Positions 45,744 to 58,598 of a stretch of 64,000 nucleotides of DNA are shown here, piece by piece. Position numbers and translations under genes: made by a program. The notes beneath the pieces are model-generated. The model was not told the origin of the DNA. It saw only the letters and a program-made list of their open reading frames with translations, and made no database searches. The first letter of the stretch is position 1. Each line of letters opens with the position of its first letter. This stretch comes from Felis catus (Eukaryota): NCBI RefSeq assembly GCF_018350175.1, contig NC_058386.1:45694001-45758000 (forward strand), in the 5' to 3' direction.

Positions 45744-48700
45744 TTGCGCACTGTACCAGTTCGGACCACCTCTTCCCCCGCCTTCCGAGTTTGAAAGAAC
45801 TCAGAGCTGCCTTCTTTAAAAAAAAAAAAAAAAAAAACAAACAAACAAACAACAACAACAACAACAAAAACCAAACACAGGACCTTCCTTTTACGCATGC
45901 GCGCTTTTGGCTGCCCTGGCTGGAAATAGGTTTTTTCTACGTGTTAGGGACCCAATAAAACATGCAGCCCTGGGATAAAATCTTTCTACCTTTCAACCTG
46001 CTTTTCTTAAACTGCTGCCGAGGTTCTTCACCAACTTGGATGTCTGCGTCTCTAAGTCGTCTGCTTTTTGGCTTTTCTCCACACGTAGTGATTACCAGGC
46101 GCGGAGGGGAAGCGGTACTGGGGGGTTCTTAATGAAAGAGTACAAAGATACAGGTCGGATGATGGAAATTTTGGAAATGGATGATACTGGCGATAGTTGC
46201 ACAACAGTGTGAACTTCCTGATGGAACCAACCGATGCTCATTTAAACATGCTTAACATGGTACGTTTTATGTGATCGGTTTTAGTACCACAAAAGGGAGA
46301 GAACACAGGTGACATAGGATAGAGTTTGTCCTAAATAAGTAGTTACACAAATAGGTGGAAATGAAATGCGGATTTCAAATAAGCCGTGAAAGAACCGGTA
46401 GATAACTACTGAAAAGGTACATTGCCCCTCTTGCCTTGCTTGATCTGGGTTGGCCTGCATTCCCTCCCCATTGTCTCATCGGGTCTCCCCCTTGGTACCT
46501 ATTGCCTCAGTCAGTGTGCTGCTCTGGGCTGGAAGCAGTGCTCCTCTGTATCCGCGTGTGCGTGTGTAACAAGCACATTTATTGACAGTCAGGACCCTTT
46601 CTCTATGGGTGGCCTCCCACAATACATCCTGTGGTTTAGTTTCTACTCCCTTTTGTGGCTTGGGCTTTTTTCCTCTTGAGTCAGATGGATGAAGCTTCAG
46701 TTACCCTGGTAACCATTTTTCTCTTTTTAAATCATCTCAACGTCTCATCACAAAAAGACAAGGAGAGGGAGACAAGTGCTTTCCCATCTATCCTGGACCT
46801 TCAGGCAAGCTGACGCCTGAGACTGAGTGACCCAGTGAGGAGCTGCAGAAGAATGTTGCCATGACAACAGAATGGCTCACCCCCTTCCGGCACACAGCCC
46901 CTTCTCCCTCCCTCTCACTGCCTGATAGATCTCACTTCAGAATGGGAACGTGCTTTGGCTAGGACTGAAGGGATAGGTGTATCGTAGAGGATGGAAGGAG
47001 AGAGGTATAATCCTGAGATGCCTTCAGAAGGAACTGGGGGAGGAACCACAGCCTCCCCAAAAAAAGCATCCTGCACAACAGTGAGGTCCCAGAAGGCTAC
47101 GGAAGCAATGAAAGCAGAGTAGCTCTAATGTGTTTGTGATTTTCTCCAGCCCTAAAGGATGCTACAGCATTGTATGCATGGCTCAGGCCCTGGAAAAGGG
47201 GGCCTGTGTTGTTAAAGGAGAATGGAGCCTGGCATCACTCGTGGAGGGCATGACAGACTTGAGAAGGACCTGCTCACCTCAGTGACAGCTCTTATGAGTT
47301 ACTCCGCTGTGTCTGTCTGGTCTGCTCTTCCTTCTGTGCTCTGCTTTGGGGGTCCATTTCTGGGACATGAAACGTTGTCCTAGTTAAAGGAGAGGACAAG
47401 GCAAGGATGCCCCATCCTCCTCTAACATGGACTGATTGGAGGGTGGACAGAGCAGGGGCCTGTGGGGATGGTGAGCTGGGATCACAGATTCACCAGTGCT
47501 CCTCAGACCACAAGGGCACGGTGGGTAATTGATTCTCTCTGGCTGATGTGATCTTCATGATTATTCACTCTCAGGACTACACAGAAAAGGAGCCAAAACC
47601 CCCACTGAATTCATTGATGGTCTGCTAAGCATCTTTGATATCAATCACGTGACTGGTCTAGCTGAGGAAGTGCTCAGTCGCTCAGATTTCCACCACACCT
47701 TCCTTCTTGCCTCCAAGTGGGGAAGGTGTATGTGTGGCTTACAAGTCTCCCCGGGTGGTGCTGGAATGGGGTGTATGAAATCCTTATGTTGCTCACAGTG
47801 TCCTGGGTGGTTTCTGAGGGAAGGAGGACTCTTGTGTCCCTGGTCCACCTGGTGAAGTGACCTGCACCACCTTGCATGTGGCTGGTGTAACCTGCTTTTT
47901 CCTCTCTCCTCTTGGCCAGTACCTGCTGCTTCCTGGCTGACCCAGCCTCAGCTCACCTGTGTTGGCATGTGGAGACCTCTTGGATTCTTGGTCTCAACGT
48001 CCATCACTTCTGTGGGAAGGGCTGTTGCTCCACAGCCTCAGCTGCAGGGTCACCTAGTCTGCTGCATGCTTAGTCCTCCTTCATTAACCCCTGATGGGGA
48101 GTCACTCACTTTCCACATTTCCTTACCTGGGGATGCAGCCTCTGGAGGGTCACAGCACAGCAGGAGCCACGATCAGCTCCAGAAAGCTAAGTTCCTAAAC
48201 TTCAGCCATCCCTCTGCCCAAAGAGACTGCTGGGTCAGCCTGCAAAGTGAACTCCTCTGAGTCCCAAACGCAAATCGGTGCAAAATCCTTTCCTCCACTT
48301 GTCTGATACATCTCACTTGTCCCCTCCCATTCAGGGGAGTCTGACCTGAGAGCCTTACCTCCATCGGCCACCTCTTTGTGTCATGTACTCCTCCAATACT
48401 GGGAGACAACATTCATCTTTGCTTGACCTTCATGCTGACAAGACTCCTATAGAGTATATCCAGATCCCAAAGGGAAAGCTTTAGGATTTGCTTTTATTAT
48501 TATTATTATTATTATTATTAAGCAAAAAGGGATTGGCTAGTTGAGAAAGAAACATAAAAGAGAGAGGATTACCAGTCAGTCATGCACCCTTGTGCCATTG
48601 TCAGTACGGACGATCTATAAAAGTAAACTCAGAGTTCAAAGACAGACACCATGTTTTAAAAGGGTCCTAGGAGATGCTTGTCAGCAATTGTAACATCAGT

Positions 48701-51700
48701 ACCCAGAGAGCTTCAATCCTAAATCCTCTGCTCCCACCAGCACCTGGATACTCGGCAGCAGAGATGAACTTACCCAAAGCTTGTGATGTTTTCCAAGGGT
48801 TCTGGGGCAAATCTGGGTGTGTCTTCCTAGGTGACTAGTCCAGGAGTATTTGGAGGTTTGGCAACCTTTTTTCCAGTCTCCTGTTTACCACATAATGAAT
48901 TAAAACAGCAGCACGGAGACTGGCTCCATAGTTTAATCGTTCAAAGTAACTACTTTTCTCATTACCGGGGGAAGCACAGTCTACATGACTGGAAAACAGA
49001 ATTAAAGAACAACTGCCCTAAAGGTAAAATCCCCAAAATGAAAGTGTTTGCTTGAGAACTTCCCATTCTGGGCACAATGCCTTTAGTGGCCTTCCTGCTG
49101 GAGTTACAGTACAGGTTCCTGGCTCGGTCCTAACCAGGACAGTTTCTCCCTAGCTACTTCCATGGGTGTGGGTCCCATACAGACAATACACGTGGGAACA
49201 CTCTGGCCTCCAGCAGCTCTTCTCAGGCTCCTGATTCTCCCACAGGCAGTCACTCACAATGCGAAGCAATGATTTATCAAACATCCTGAGAACTCCTGGT
49301 GCCAGCTTTGTTCTGAAAATAGTTTCATTCACCTTACGGGCACATGCCCTGACTGTCCTAAGTGCAGATGGAGAAACCAAGTCACAGGGACACTAAGGAA
49401 CGCGCCTGCTGCTATGCAGCCTGCGAGTTCACTAGATGAAGTCTTGAGAGCACTGCTGCCCACCCTAGGTGTCCTTATGATGGGCCAACCTCTTCTCTTT
49501 CTTTCTCTCATTCATCATGGGTATCTCATTTTAAGCAGCAAGTGAAGTAATTTAACGACTGAGAAGAAAGTTTTTTTGTGTGTCATTAGTACAAACACCT
49601 CAAAACCTGCAGGAGTTACCATGGGGCACACGTGTTCCTGTGGGTTTAAAGGGAGATCATCCAGGAACCCTCCCCCGCCCCAGTGATACCCTTTCAGTAA
49701 CCCACAACAAAGCAACAACAGGTGTCAGGTGACCTTTTATTCGGCATTCCATAACATTAATGAGAGCCTCTCTTAATAGGTGTGTGGTGCTCTTGTACAA
49801 GCTGGTCACGTAGCACTTATCTGGGGAGTGAGAGAATACAAACCAACCAACCAACCAACCAACCAAGGAATAAGCAAATTAGTGGGCTGTTAGGAAGAAA
49901 ATAACCCAGGTCCTAGGCCAGGAACAACCTACTTTACACAAGGTGGTCACGGAGAGCCTCTCTGAGGAGGCAATAATGGAGCAGAAACCAGAAGGTTAGA
50001 AGGAACCCACCATGTAAGGATCCAGGGAGAGACTCTTCCAGGCAGCGACGACTGTGATCACCAGTGTTCTAAGGAGGGAAGAAGCATGTGCAAGGAACAG
50101 GAGTAGGCCAGAGTTACTGCCGTGAAGACAAGAGATGAGCAGATTGTTCGGATACGAAAACAGTAGCAGTAGATGAGCACAGAACGGGATGGATGGATAC
50201 AGGATGTTTTCAGAAGATCGAATCCAGAGGACGTGGTGCTGGGTTGCAGTGGAGACCAAAGGAACACGTCACGTGAAGAGGCGTGCTTGGGACATGTTAA
50301 GTGTCTGCTCCCTTCTGGTCATCCAGCAAAGACACAGACAAATGTGGGTCTCAGGGGACAGGTTGATGCATGAGGTACGAACGTGGGAGGTCCCGTTGTG
50401 TCCATGCTCTGTGCTGGCACCAAGGATGAAACAACCCACAGAGAGAGTGTAGATGGGAAGGGCCCTGTTAAAAGCCCTGTGGAATAGGGAGTGAGCAATA
50501 AACACTGACAAGGAGCACAGTGGCCACTGGGGTTGCGAGAACATCACCCAAAGAGTAAAGTTTCAAATAGGCCAAAATACAAATTAGAAGAAAGGGAGGG
50601 AGGGACATTTTCAAGAACCAGGCAATTGTTAAGTGTACCAGAGCTATCTGAGAGGTACAGTAGGTTGAGGAGAGGACATCATCAAAGGGATTCACTGGTG
50701 CCCTTGACAGCTGTTTTCATTTGGGGGGCAGGCTGATAGAAGCTGGACTGGAGAAGTTAGCAAAAAAAAAAAAAAAAAATGGTTACAGAACAAGGGAAGA
50801 CTTGCTGTTTACAGCAAGCGAAATGTGGCAGTGTCTCAGAAAGATATGGGATAAGGGATGGCTTTACGTTTTACTGCCTCTTGTATCATAGATAACAGAA
50901 TGATGGAGAAATAAATGGATAGGTGATAATTGGAATCATTGCAAAGTCCTACTCCTCCTCCAGAAGATGGGCATGGGATCCAGGTGAAGGGCCTGGCCTC
51001 AGGTAGGATAAGGTCCTTTATCCCACAGGGATAGCAGAGATACAGGTGCAGATCAGGTGTTGCTGTGAAGTGGTGAGAGTTCCTGTCTGATAACTGCTCT
51101 TTTTTCTTTTCTTCTTCTTCTTCTTCTTCTTCTTTTTAATGTATTACCATTGAACTTCTTGAGAAGCGTGGGTCATGGAGCACTAGAAGGTTACTGCAGA
51201 TAGAGAAAAGATACAGGTCAGGAGGTTGCAGGATTTCGTCTTCATTAGGGTGTACCAGGAGAGGAGAGAGGAAGGAGCAAAGACCTGTTTTGCGCGGGAC
51301 AATTTATAGCCCCTTAAGCTGGCCTAATAGAATGTGACATGACCTAGTGGCCATGGAACCGGGGGTTCCCTAAAGGGCTTAATGCCTAGGCTGTAGGCGC
51401 AGTAGAGGGAGGGGGCTGGAGAACAGGCCTTTTGGGGGTGATGAGAGAGAGGAATGCTAGACAGCGACTCGAGGGAGGGGAGCGGGGTTCCTGATGTCCA
51501 GGGCCCAAGGCAGGTCCATGGGCAGCTGGATATTCGTGTTGGGGAGAACAACCCTGAGGACGGAGAGGACCGGGGGTGGCCGGTTCGTCTTCTAGGGCCT
51601 TGATAGGCCTGGAGGCAGCAGGGGAGGGAGGGCTGAGAGGAGGATAGCAACTGTGCCTTGGGACCAACGTTCACAGGCTGGAGTGGGCAGAACAATGACC

Positions 51701-52153
51701 AGGGGATTCGGACACGCCTCGCCCAAAGGACGGTCTGAGAGTCCGGGGATCGGGGAATAGCAGCCGGATAACAGGGGTTTGGGGCCTTGGACGAGTATGG
51801 AAACCGTCTTCAGAGCTGGGCACACAGACTGGCAAGGACCTCACTCAGTCGCCGGAACCAGGCTCAGACCCTCACAATTGGAACGCATCCCGAAGCCCTG
51901 CCTTTTCCTCTACCGGGCGCCGGAACTTCCGGACGCGGGCCTTCCTGCTTCTGTTGGCTTAGTTCCGGGGCGGGACCGTAGAAGGCTATTGTGCCGAAGA
52001 CCGTTCGGCCGGGCCACTTCGATTGTACCGCACCCTTCGCTCCCCCGCAGCAGCATTCCTCCTTGCCACCTCAGCTATGATCTGCAGGGCTCTTTACAGG
52101 CGAGCAGAGGAAACGATGGATTTTCCTTTGTGATGTGTGTCGTTCCGTTTCTC

Positions 52154-52172
52154 TGGCCAGTAGGTGGCAGTG
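52154..52172 (+). promoter_or_regulatory. CTCF core motif, unit 7
   Basis: tggccagtaggtggcagtg. Confidence 0.85.
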
Positions 52173-55100
52173 TTGCGCACTGTACCAGTTCGGACCACCT
52201 CTTCCCCCGCCTTCCGAGTTTGAAAGAACTCAGAGCTGCCTTCTTTAAAAAAAAAAAAAAAAAAAAAACAAAAACAAAAAAAACAACAACAAAAACCAAA
52301 CACAGGACCTTCCTTTTACGCATGCGCGCTTTTGGCTGCCCTGGCTGGAAATAGGTTTTTTCTACGTGTTAGGGACCCAATAAAACATGCAGCCCTGGGA
52401 TAAAATCTTTCTACCTTTCAACCTGCTTTTCTTAAACTGCTGCCGAGGTTCTTCACCAACTTGGATGTCTGCGTCTCTAAGTCGTCTGCTTTTTGGCTTT
52501 TCTCCACACGTAGTGATTACCAGGCGCGGAGGGGAAGCGGTACTGGGGGGTTCTTAATGAAAGAGTACAAAGATACAGGTCGGATGATGGAAATTTTGGA
52601 AATGGATGATACTGGCGATAGTTGCACAACAGTGTGAACTTCCTGATGGAACCAACCGATGCTCATTTAAACATGCTTAACATGGTACGTTTTATGTGAT
52701 CGGTTTTAGTACCACAAAAGGGAGAGAACACAGGTGACATAGGATAGAGTTTGTCCTAAATAAGTAGTTACACAAATAGGTGGAAATGAAATGCGGATTT
52801 CAAATAAGCCGTGAAAGAACCGGTAGATAACTACTGAAAAGGTACATTGCCCCTCTTGCCTTGCTTGATCTGGGTTGGCCTGCATTCCCTCCCCATTGTC
52901 TCATCGGGTCTCCCCCTTGGTACCTATTGCCTCAGTCAGTGTGCTGCTCTGGGCTGGAAGCAGTGCTCCTCTGTATCCGCGTGTGCGTGTGTAACAAGCA
53001 CATTTATTGACAGTCAGGACCCTTTCTCTATGGGTGGCCTCCCACAATACATCCTGTGGTTTAGTTTCTACTCCCTTTTGTGGCTTGGGCTTTTTTCCTC
53101 TTGAGTCAGATGGATGAAGCTTCAGTTACCCTGGTAACCATTTTTCTCTTTTTAAATCATCTCAACGTCTCATCACAAAAAGACAAGGAGAGGGAGACAA
53201 GTGCTTTCCCATCTATCCTGGACCTTCAGGCAAGCTGACGCCTGAGACTGAGTGACCCAGTGAGGAGCTGCAGAAGAATGTTGCCATGACAACAGAATGG
53301 CTCACCCCCTTCCGGCACACAGCCCCTTCTCCCTCCCTCTCACTGCCTGATAGATCTCACTTCAGAATGGGAACGTGCTTTGGCTAGGACTGAAGGGATA
53401 GGTGTATCGTAGAGGATGGAAGGAGAGAGGTATAATCCTGAGATGCCTTCAGAAGGAACTGGGGGAGGAACCACAGCCTCCCCAAAAAAAGCATCCTGCA
53501 CAACAGTGAGGTCCCAGAAGGCTACGGAAGCAATGAAAGCAGAGTAGCTCTAATGTGTTTGTGATTTTCTCCAGCCCTAAAGGATGCTACAGCATTGTAT
53601 GCATGGCTCAGGCCCTGGAAAAGGGGGCCTGTGTTGTTAAAGGAGAATGGAGCCTGGCATCACTCGTGGAGGGCATGACAGACTTGAGAAGGACCTGCTC
53701 ACCTCAGTGACAGCTCTTATGAGTTACTCCGCTGTGTCTGTCTGGTCTGCTCTTCCTTCTGTGCTCTGCTTTGGGGGTCCATTTCTGGGACATGAAACGT
53801 TGTCCTAGTTAAAGGAGAGGACAAGGCAAGGATGCCCCATCCTCCTCTAACATGGACTGATTGGAGGGTGGACAGAGCAGGGGCCTGTGGGGATGGTGAG
53901 CTGGGATCACAGATTCACCAGTGCTCCTCAGACCACAAGGGCACGGTGGGTAATTGATTCTCTCTGGCTGATGTGATCTTCATGATTATTCACTCTCAGG
54001 ACTACACAGAAAAGGAGCCAAAACCCCCACTGAATTCATTGATGGTCTGCTAAGCATCTTTGATATCAATCACGTGACTGGTCTAGCTGAGGAAGTGCTC
54101 AGTCGCTCAGATTTCCACCACACCTTCCTTCTTGCCTCCAAGTGGGGAAGGTGTATGTGTGGCTTACAAGTCTCCCCGGGTGGTGCTGGAATGGGGTGTA
54201 TGAAATCCTTATGTTGCTCACAGTGTCCTGGGTGGTTTCTGAGGGAAGGAGGACTCTTGTGTCCCTGGTCCACCTGGTGAAGTGACCTGCACCACCTTGC
54301 ATGTGGCTGGTGTAACCTGCTTTTTCCTCTCTCCTCTTGGCCAGTACCTGCTGCTTCCTGGCTGACCCAGCCTCAGCTCACCTGTGTTGGCATGTGGAGA
54401 CCTCTTGGATTCTTGGTCTCAACGTCCATCACTTCTGTGGGAAGGGCTGTTGCTCCACAGCCTCAGCTGCAGGGTCACCTAGTCTGCTGCATGCTTAGTC
54501 CTCCTTCATTAACCCCTGATGGGGAGTCACTCACTTTCCACATTTCCTTACCTGGGGATGCAGCCTCTGGAGGGTCACAGCACAGCAGGAGCCACGATCA
54601 GCTCCAGAAAGCTAAGTTCCTAAACTTCAGCCATCCCTCTGCCCAAAGAGACTGCTGGGTCAGCCTGCAAAGTGAACTCCTCTGAGTCCCAAACGCAAAT
54701 CGGTGCAAAATCCTTTCCTCCACTTGTCTGATACATCTCACTTGTCCCCTCCCATTCAGGGGAGTCTGACCTGAGAGCCTTACCTCCATCGGCCACCTCT
54801 TTGTGTCATGTACTCCTCCAATACTGGGAGACAACATTCATCTTTGCTTGACCTTCATGCTGACAAGACTCCTATAGAGTATATCCAGATCCCAAAGGGA
54901 AAGCTTTAGGATTTGCTTTTATTATTATTATTATTATTATTATTAAGCAAAAAGGGATTGGCTAGTTGAGAAAGAAACATAAAAGAGAGAGGATTACCAG
55001 TCAGTCATGCACCCTTGTGCCATTGTCAGTACGGACGATCTATAAAAGTAAACTCAGAGTTCAAAGACAGACACCATGTTTTAAAAGGGTCCTAGGAGAT

Positions 55101-58100
55101 GCTTGTCAGCAATTGTAACATCAGTACCCAGAGAGCTTCAATCCTAAATCCTCTGCTCCCACCAGCACCTGGATACTCGGCAGCAGAGATGAACTTACCC
55201 AAAGCTTGTGATGTTTTCCAAGGGTTCTGGGGCAAATCTGGGTGTGTCTTCCTAGGTGACTAGTCCAGGAGTATTTGGAGGTTTGGCAACCTTTTTTCCA
55301 GTCTCCTGTTTACCACATAATGAATTAAAACAGCAGCACGGAGACTGGCTCCATAGTTTAATCGTTCAAAGTAACTACTTTTCTCATTACCGGGGGAAGC
55401 ACAGTCTACATGACTGGAAAACAGAATTAAAGAACAACTGCCCTAAAGGTAAAATCCCCAAAATGAAAGTGTTTGCTTGAGAACTTCCCATTCTGGGCAC
55501 AATGCCTTTAGTGGCCTTCCTGCTGGAGTTACAGTACAGGTTCCTGGCTCGGTCCTAACCAGGACAGTTTCTCCCTAGCTACTTCCATGGGTGTGGGTCC
55601 CATACAGACAATACACGTGGGAACACTCTGGCCTCCAGCAGCTCTTCTCAGGCTCCTGATTCTCCCACAGGCAGTCACTCACAATGCGAAGCAATGATTT
55701 ATCAAACATCCTGAGAACTCCTGGTGCCAGCTTTGTTCTGAAAATAGTTTCATTCACCTTACGGGCACATGCCCTGACTGTCCTAAGTGCAGATGGAGAA
55801 ACCAAGTCACAGGGACACTAAGGAACGCGCCTGCTGCTATGCAGCCTGCGAGTTCACTAGATGAAGTCTTGAGAGCACTGCTGCCCACCCTAGGTGTCCT
55901 TATGATGGGCCAACCTCTTCTCTTTCTTTCTCTCATTCATCATGGGTATCTCATTTTAAGCAGCAAGTGAAGTAATTTAACGACTGAGAAGAAAGTTTTT
56001 TTGTGTGTCATTAGTACAAACACCTCAAAACCTGCAGGAGTTACCATGGGGCACACGTGTTCCTGTGGGTTTAAAGGGAGATCATCCAGGAACCCTCCCC
56101 CGCCCCAGTGATACCCTTTCAGTAACCCACAACAAAGCAACAACAGGTGTCAGGTGACCTTTTATTCGGCATTCCATAACATTAATGAGAGCCTCTCTTA
56201 ATAGGTGTGTGGTGCTCTTGTACAAGCTGGTCACGTAGCACTTATCTGGGGAGTGAGAGAATACAAACCAACCAACCAACCAACCAACCAAGGAATAAGC
56301 AAATTAGTGGGCTGTTAGGAAGAAAATAACCCAGGTCCTAGGCCAGGAACAACCTACTTTACACAAGGTGGTCACGGAGAGCCTCTCTGAGGAGGCAATA
56401 ATGGAGCAGAAACCAGAAGGTTAGAAGGAACCCACCATGTAAGGATCCAGGGAGAGACTCTTCCAGGCAGCGACGACTGTGATCACCAGTGTTCTAAGGA
56501 GGGAAGAAGCATGTGCAAGGAACAGGAGTAGGCCAGAGTTACTGCCGTGAAGACAAGAGATGAGCAGATTGTTCGGATACGAAAACAGTAGCAGTAGATG
56601 AGCACAGAACGGGATGGATGGATACAGGATGTTTTCAGAAGATCGAATCCAGAGGACGTGGTGCTGGGTTGCAGTGGAGACCAAAGGAACACGTCACGTG
56701 AAGAGGCGTGCTTGGGACATGTTAAGTGTCTGCTCCCTTCTGGTCATCCAGCAAAGACACAGACAAATGTGGGTCTCAGGGGACAGGTTGATGCATGAGG
56801 TACGAACGTGGGAGGTCCCGTTGTGTCCATGCTCTGTGCTGGCACCAAGGATGAAACAACCCACAGAGAGAGTGTAGATGGGAAGGGCCCTGTTAAAAGC
56901 CCTGTGGAATAGGGAGTGAGCAATAAACACTGACAAGGAGCACAGTGGCCACTGGGGTTGCGAGAACATCACCCAAAGAGTAAAGTTTCAAATAGGCCAA
57001 AATACAAATTAGAAGAAAGGGAGGGAGGGACATTTTCAAGAACCAGGCAATTGTTAAGTGTACCAGAGCTATCTGAGAGGTACAGTAGGTTGAGGAGAGG
57101 ACATCATCAAAGGGATTCACTGGTGCCCTTGACAGCTGTTTTCATTTGGGGGGCAGGCTGATAGAAGCTGGACTGGAGAAGTTAGCAAAAAAAAAAAAAA
57201 AAAAATGGTTACAGAACAAGGGAAGACTTGCTGTTTACAGCAAGCGAAATGTGGCAGTGTCTCAGAAAGATATGGGATAAGGGATGGCTTTACGTTTTAC
57301 TGCCTCTTGTATCATAGATAACAGAATGATGGAGAAATAAATGGATAGGTGATAATTGGAATCATTGCAAAGTCCTACTCCTCCTCCAGAAGATGGGCAT
57401 GGGATCCAGGTGAAGGGCCTGGCCTCAGGTAGGATAAGGTCCTTTATCCCACAGGGATAGCAGAGATACAGGTGCAGATCAGGTGTTGCTGTGAAGTGGT
57501 GAGAGTTCCTGTCTGATAACTGCTCTTTTTTCTTTTCTTCTTCTTCTTCTTCTTCTTCTTTTTAATGTATTACCATTGAACTTCTTGAGAAGCGTGGGTC
57601 ATGGAGCACTAGAAGGTTACTGCAGATAGAGAAAAGATACAGGTCAGGAGGTTGCAGGATTTCGTCTTCATTAGGGTGTACCAGGAGAGGAGAGAGGAAG
57701 GAGCAAAGACCTGTTTTGCGCGGGACAATTTATAGCCCCTTAAGCTGGCCTAATAGAATGTGACATGACCTAGTGGCCATGGAACCGGGGGTTCCCTAAA
57801 GGGCTTAATGCCTAGGCTGTAGGCGCAGTAGAGGGAGGGGGCTGGAGAACAGGCCTTTTGGGGGTGATGAGAGAGAGGAATGCTAGACAGCGACTCGAGG
57901 GAGGGGAGCGGGGTTCCTGATGTCCAGGGCCCAAGGCAGGTCCATGGGCAGCTGGATATTCGTGTTGGGGAGAACAACCCTGAGGACGGAGAGGACCGGG
58001 GGTGGCCGGTTCGTCTTCTAGGGCCTTGATAGGCCTGGAGGCAGCAGGGGAGGGAGGGCTGAGAGGAGGATAGCAACTGTGCCTTGGGACCAACGTTCAC

Positions 58101-58579
58101 AGGCTGGAGTGGGCAGAACAATGACCAGGGGATTCGGACACGCCTCGCCCAAAGGACGGTCTGAGAGTCCGGGGATCGGGGAATAGCAGCCGGATAACAG
58201 GGGTTTGGGGCCTTGGACGAGTATGGAAACCGTCTTCAGAGCTGGGCACACAGACTGGCAAGGACCTCACTCAGTCGCCGGAACCAGGCTCAGACCCTCA
58301 CAATTGGAACGCATCCCGAAGCCCTGCCTTTTCCTCTACCGGGCGCCGGAACTTCCGGACGCGGGCCTTCCTGCTTCTGTTGGCTTAGTTCCGGGGCGGG
58401 ACCGTAGAAGGCTATTGTGCCGAAGACCGTTCGGCCGGGCCACTTCGATTGTACCGCACCCTTCGCTCCCCCGCAGCAGCATTCCTCCTTGCCACCTCAG
58501 CTATGATCTGCAGGGCTCTTTACAGGCGAGCAGAGGAAACGATGGATTTTCCTTTGTGATGTGTGTCGTTCCGTTTCTC

Positions 58580-58598
58580 TGGCCAGTAGGTGGCAGTG
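58580..58598 (+). promoter_or_regulatory. CTCF core motif, unit 8
   Basis: tggccagtaggtggcagtg. Confidence 0.85.
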
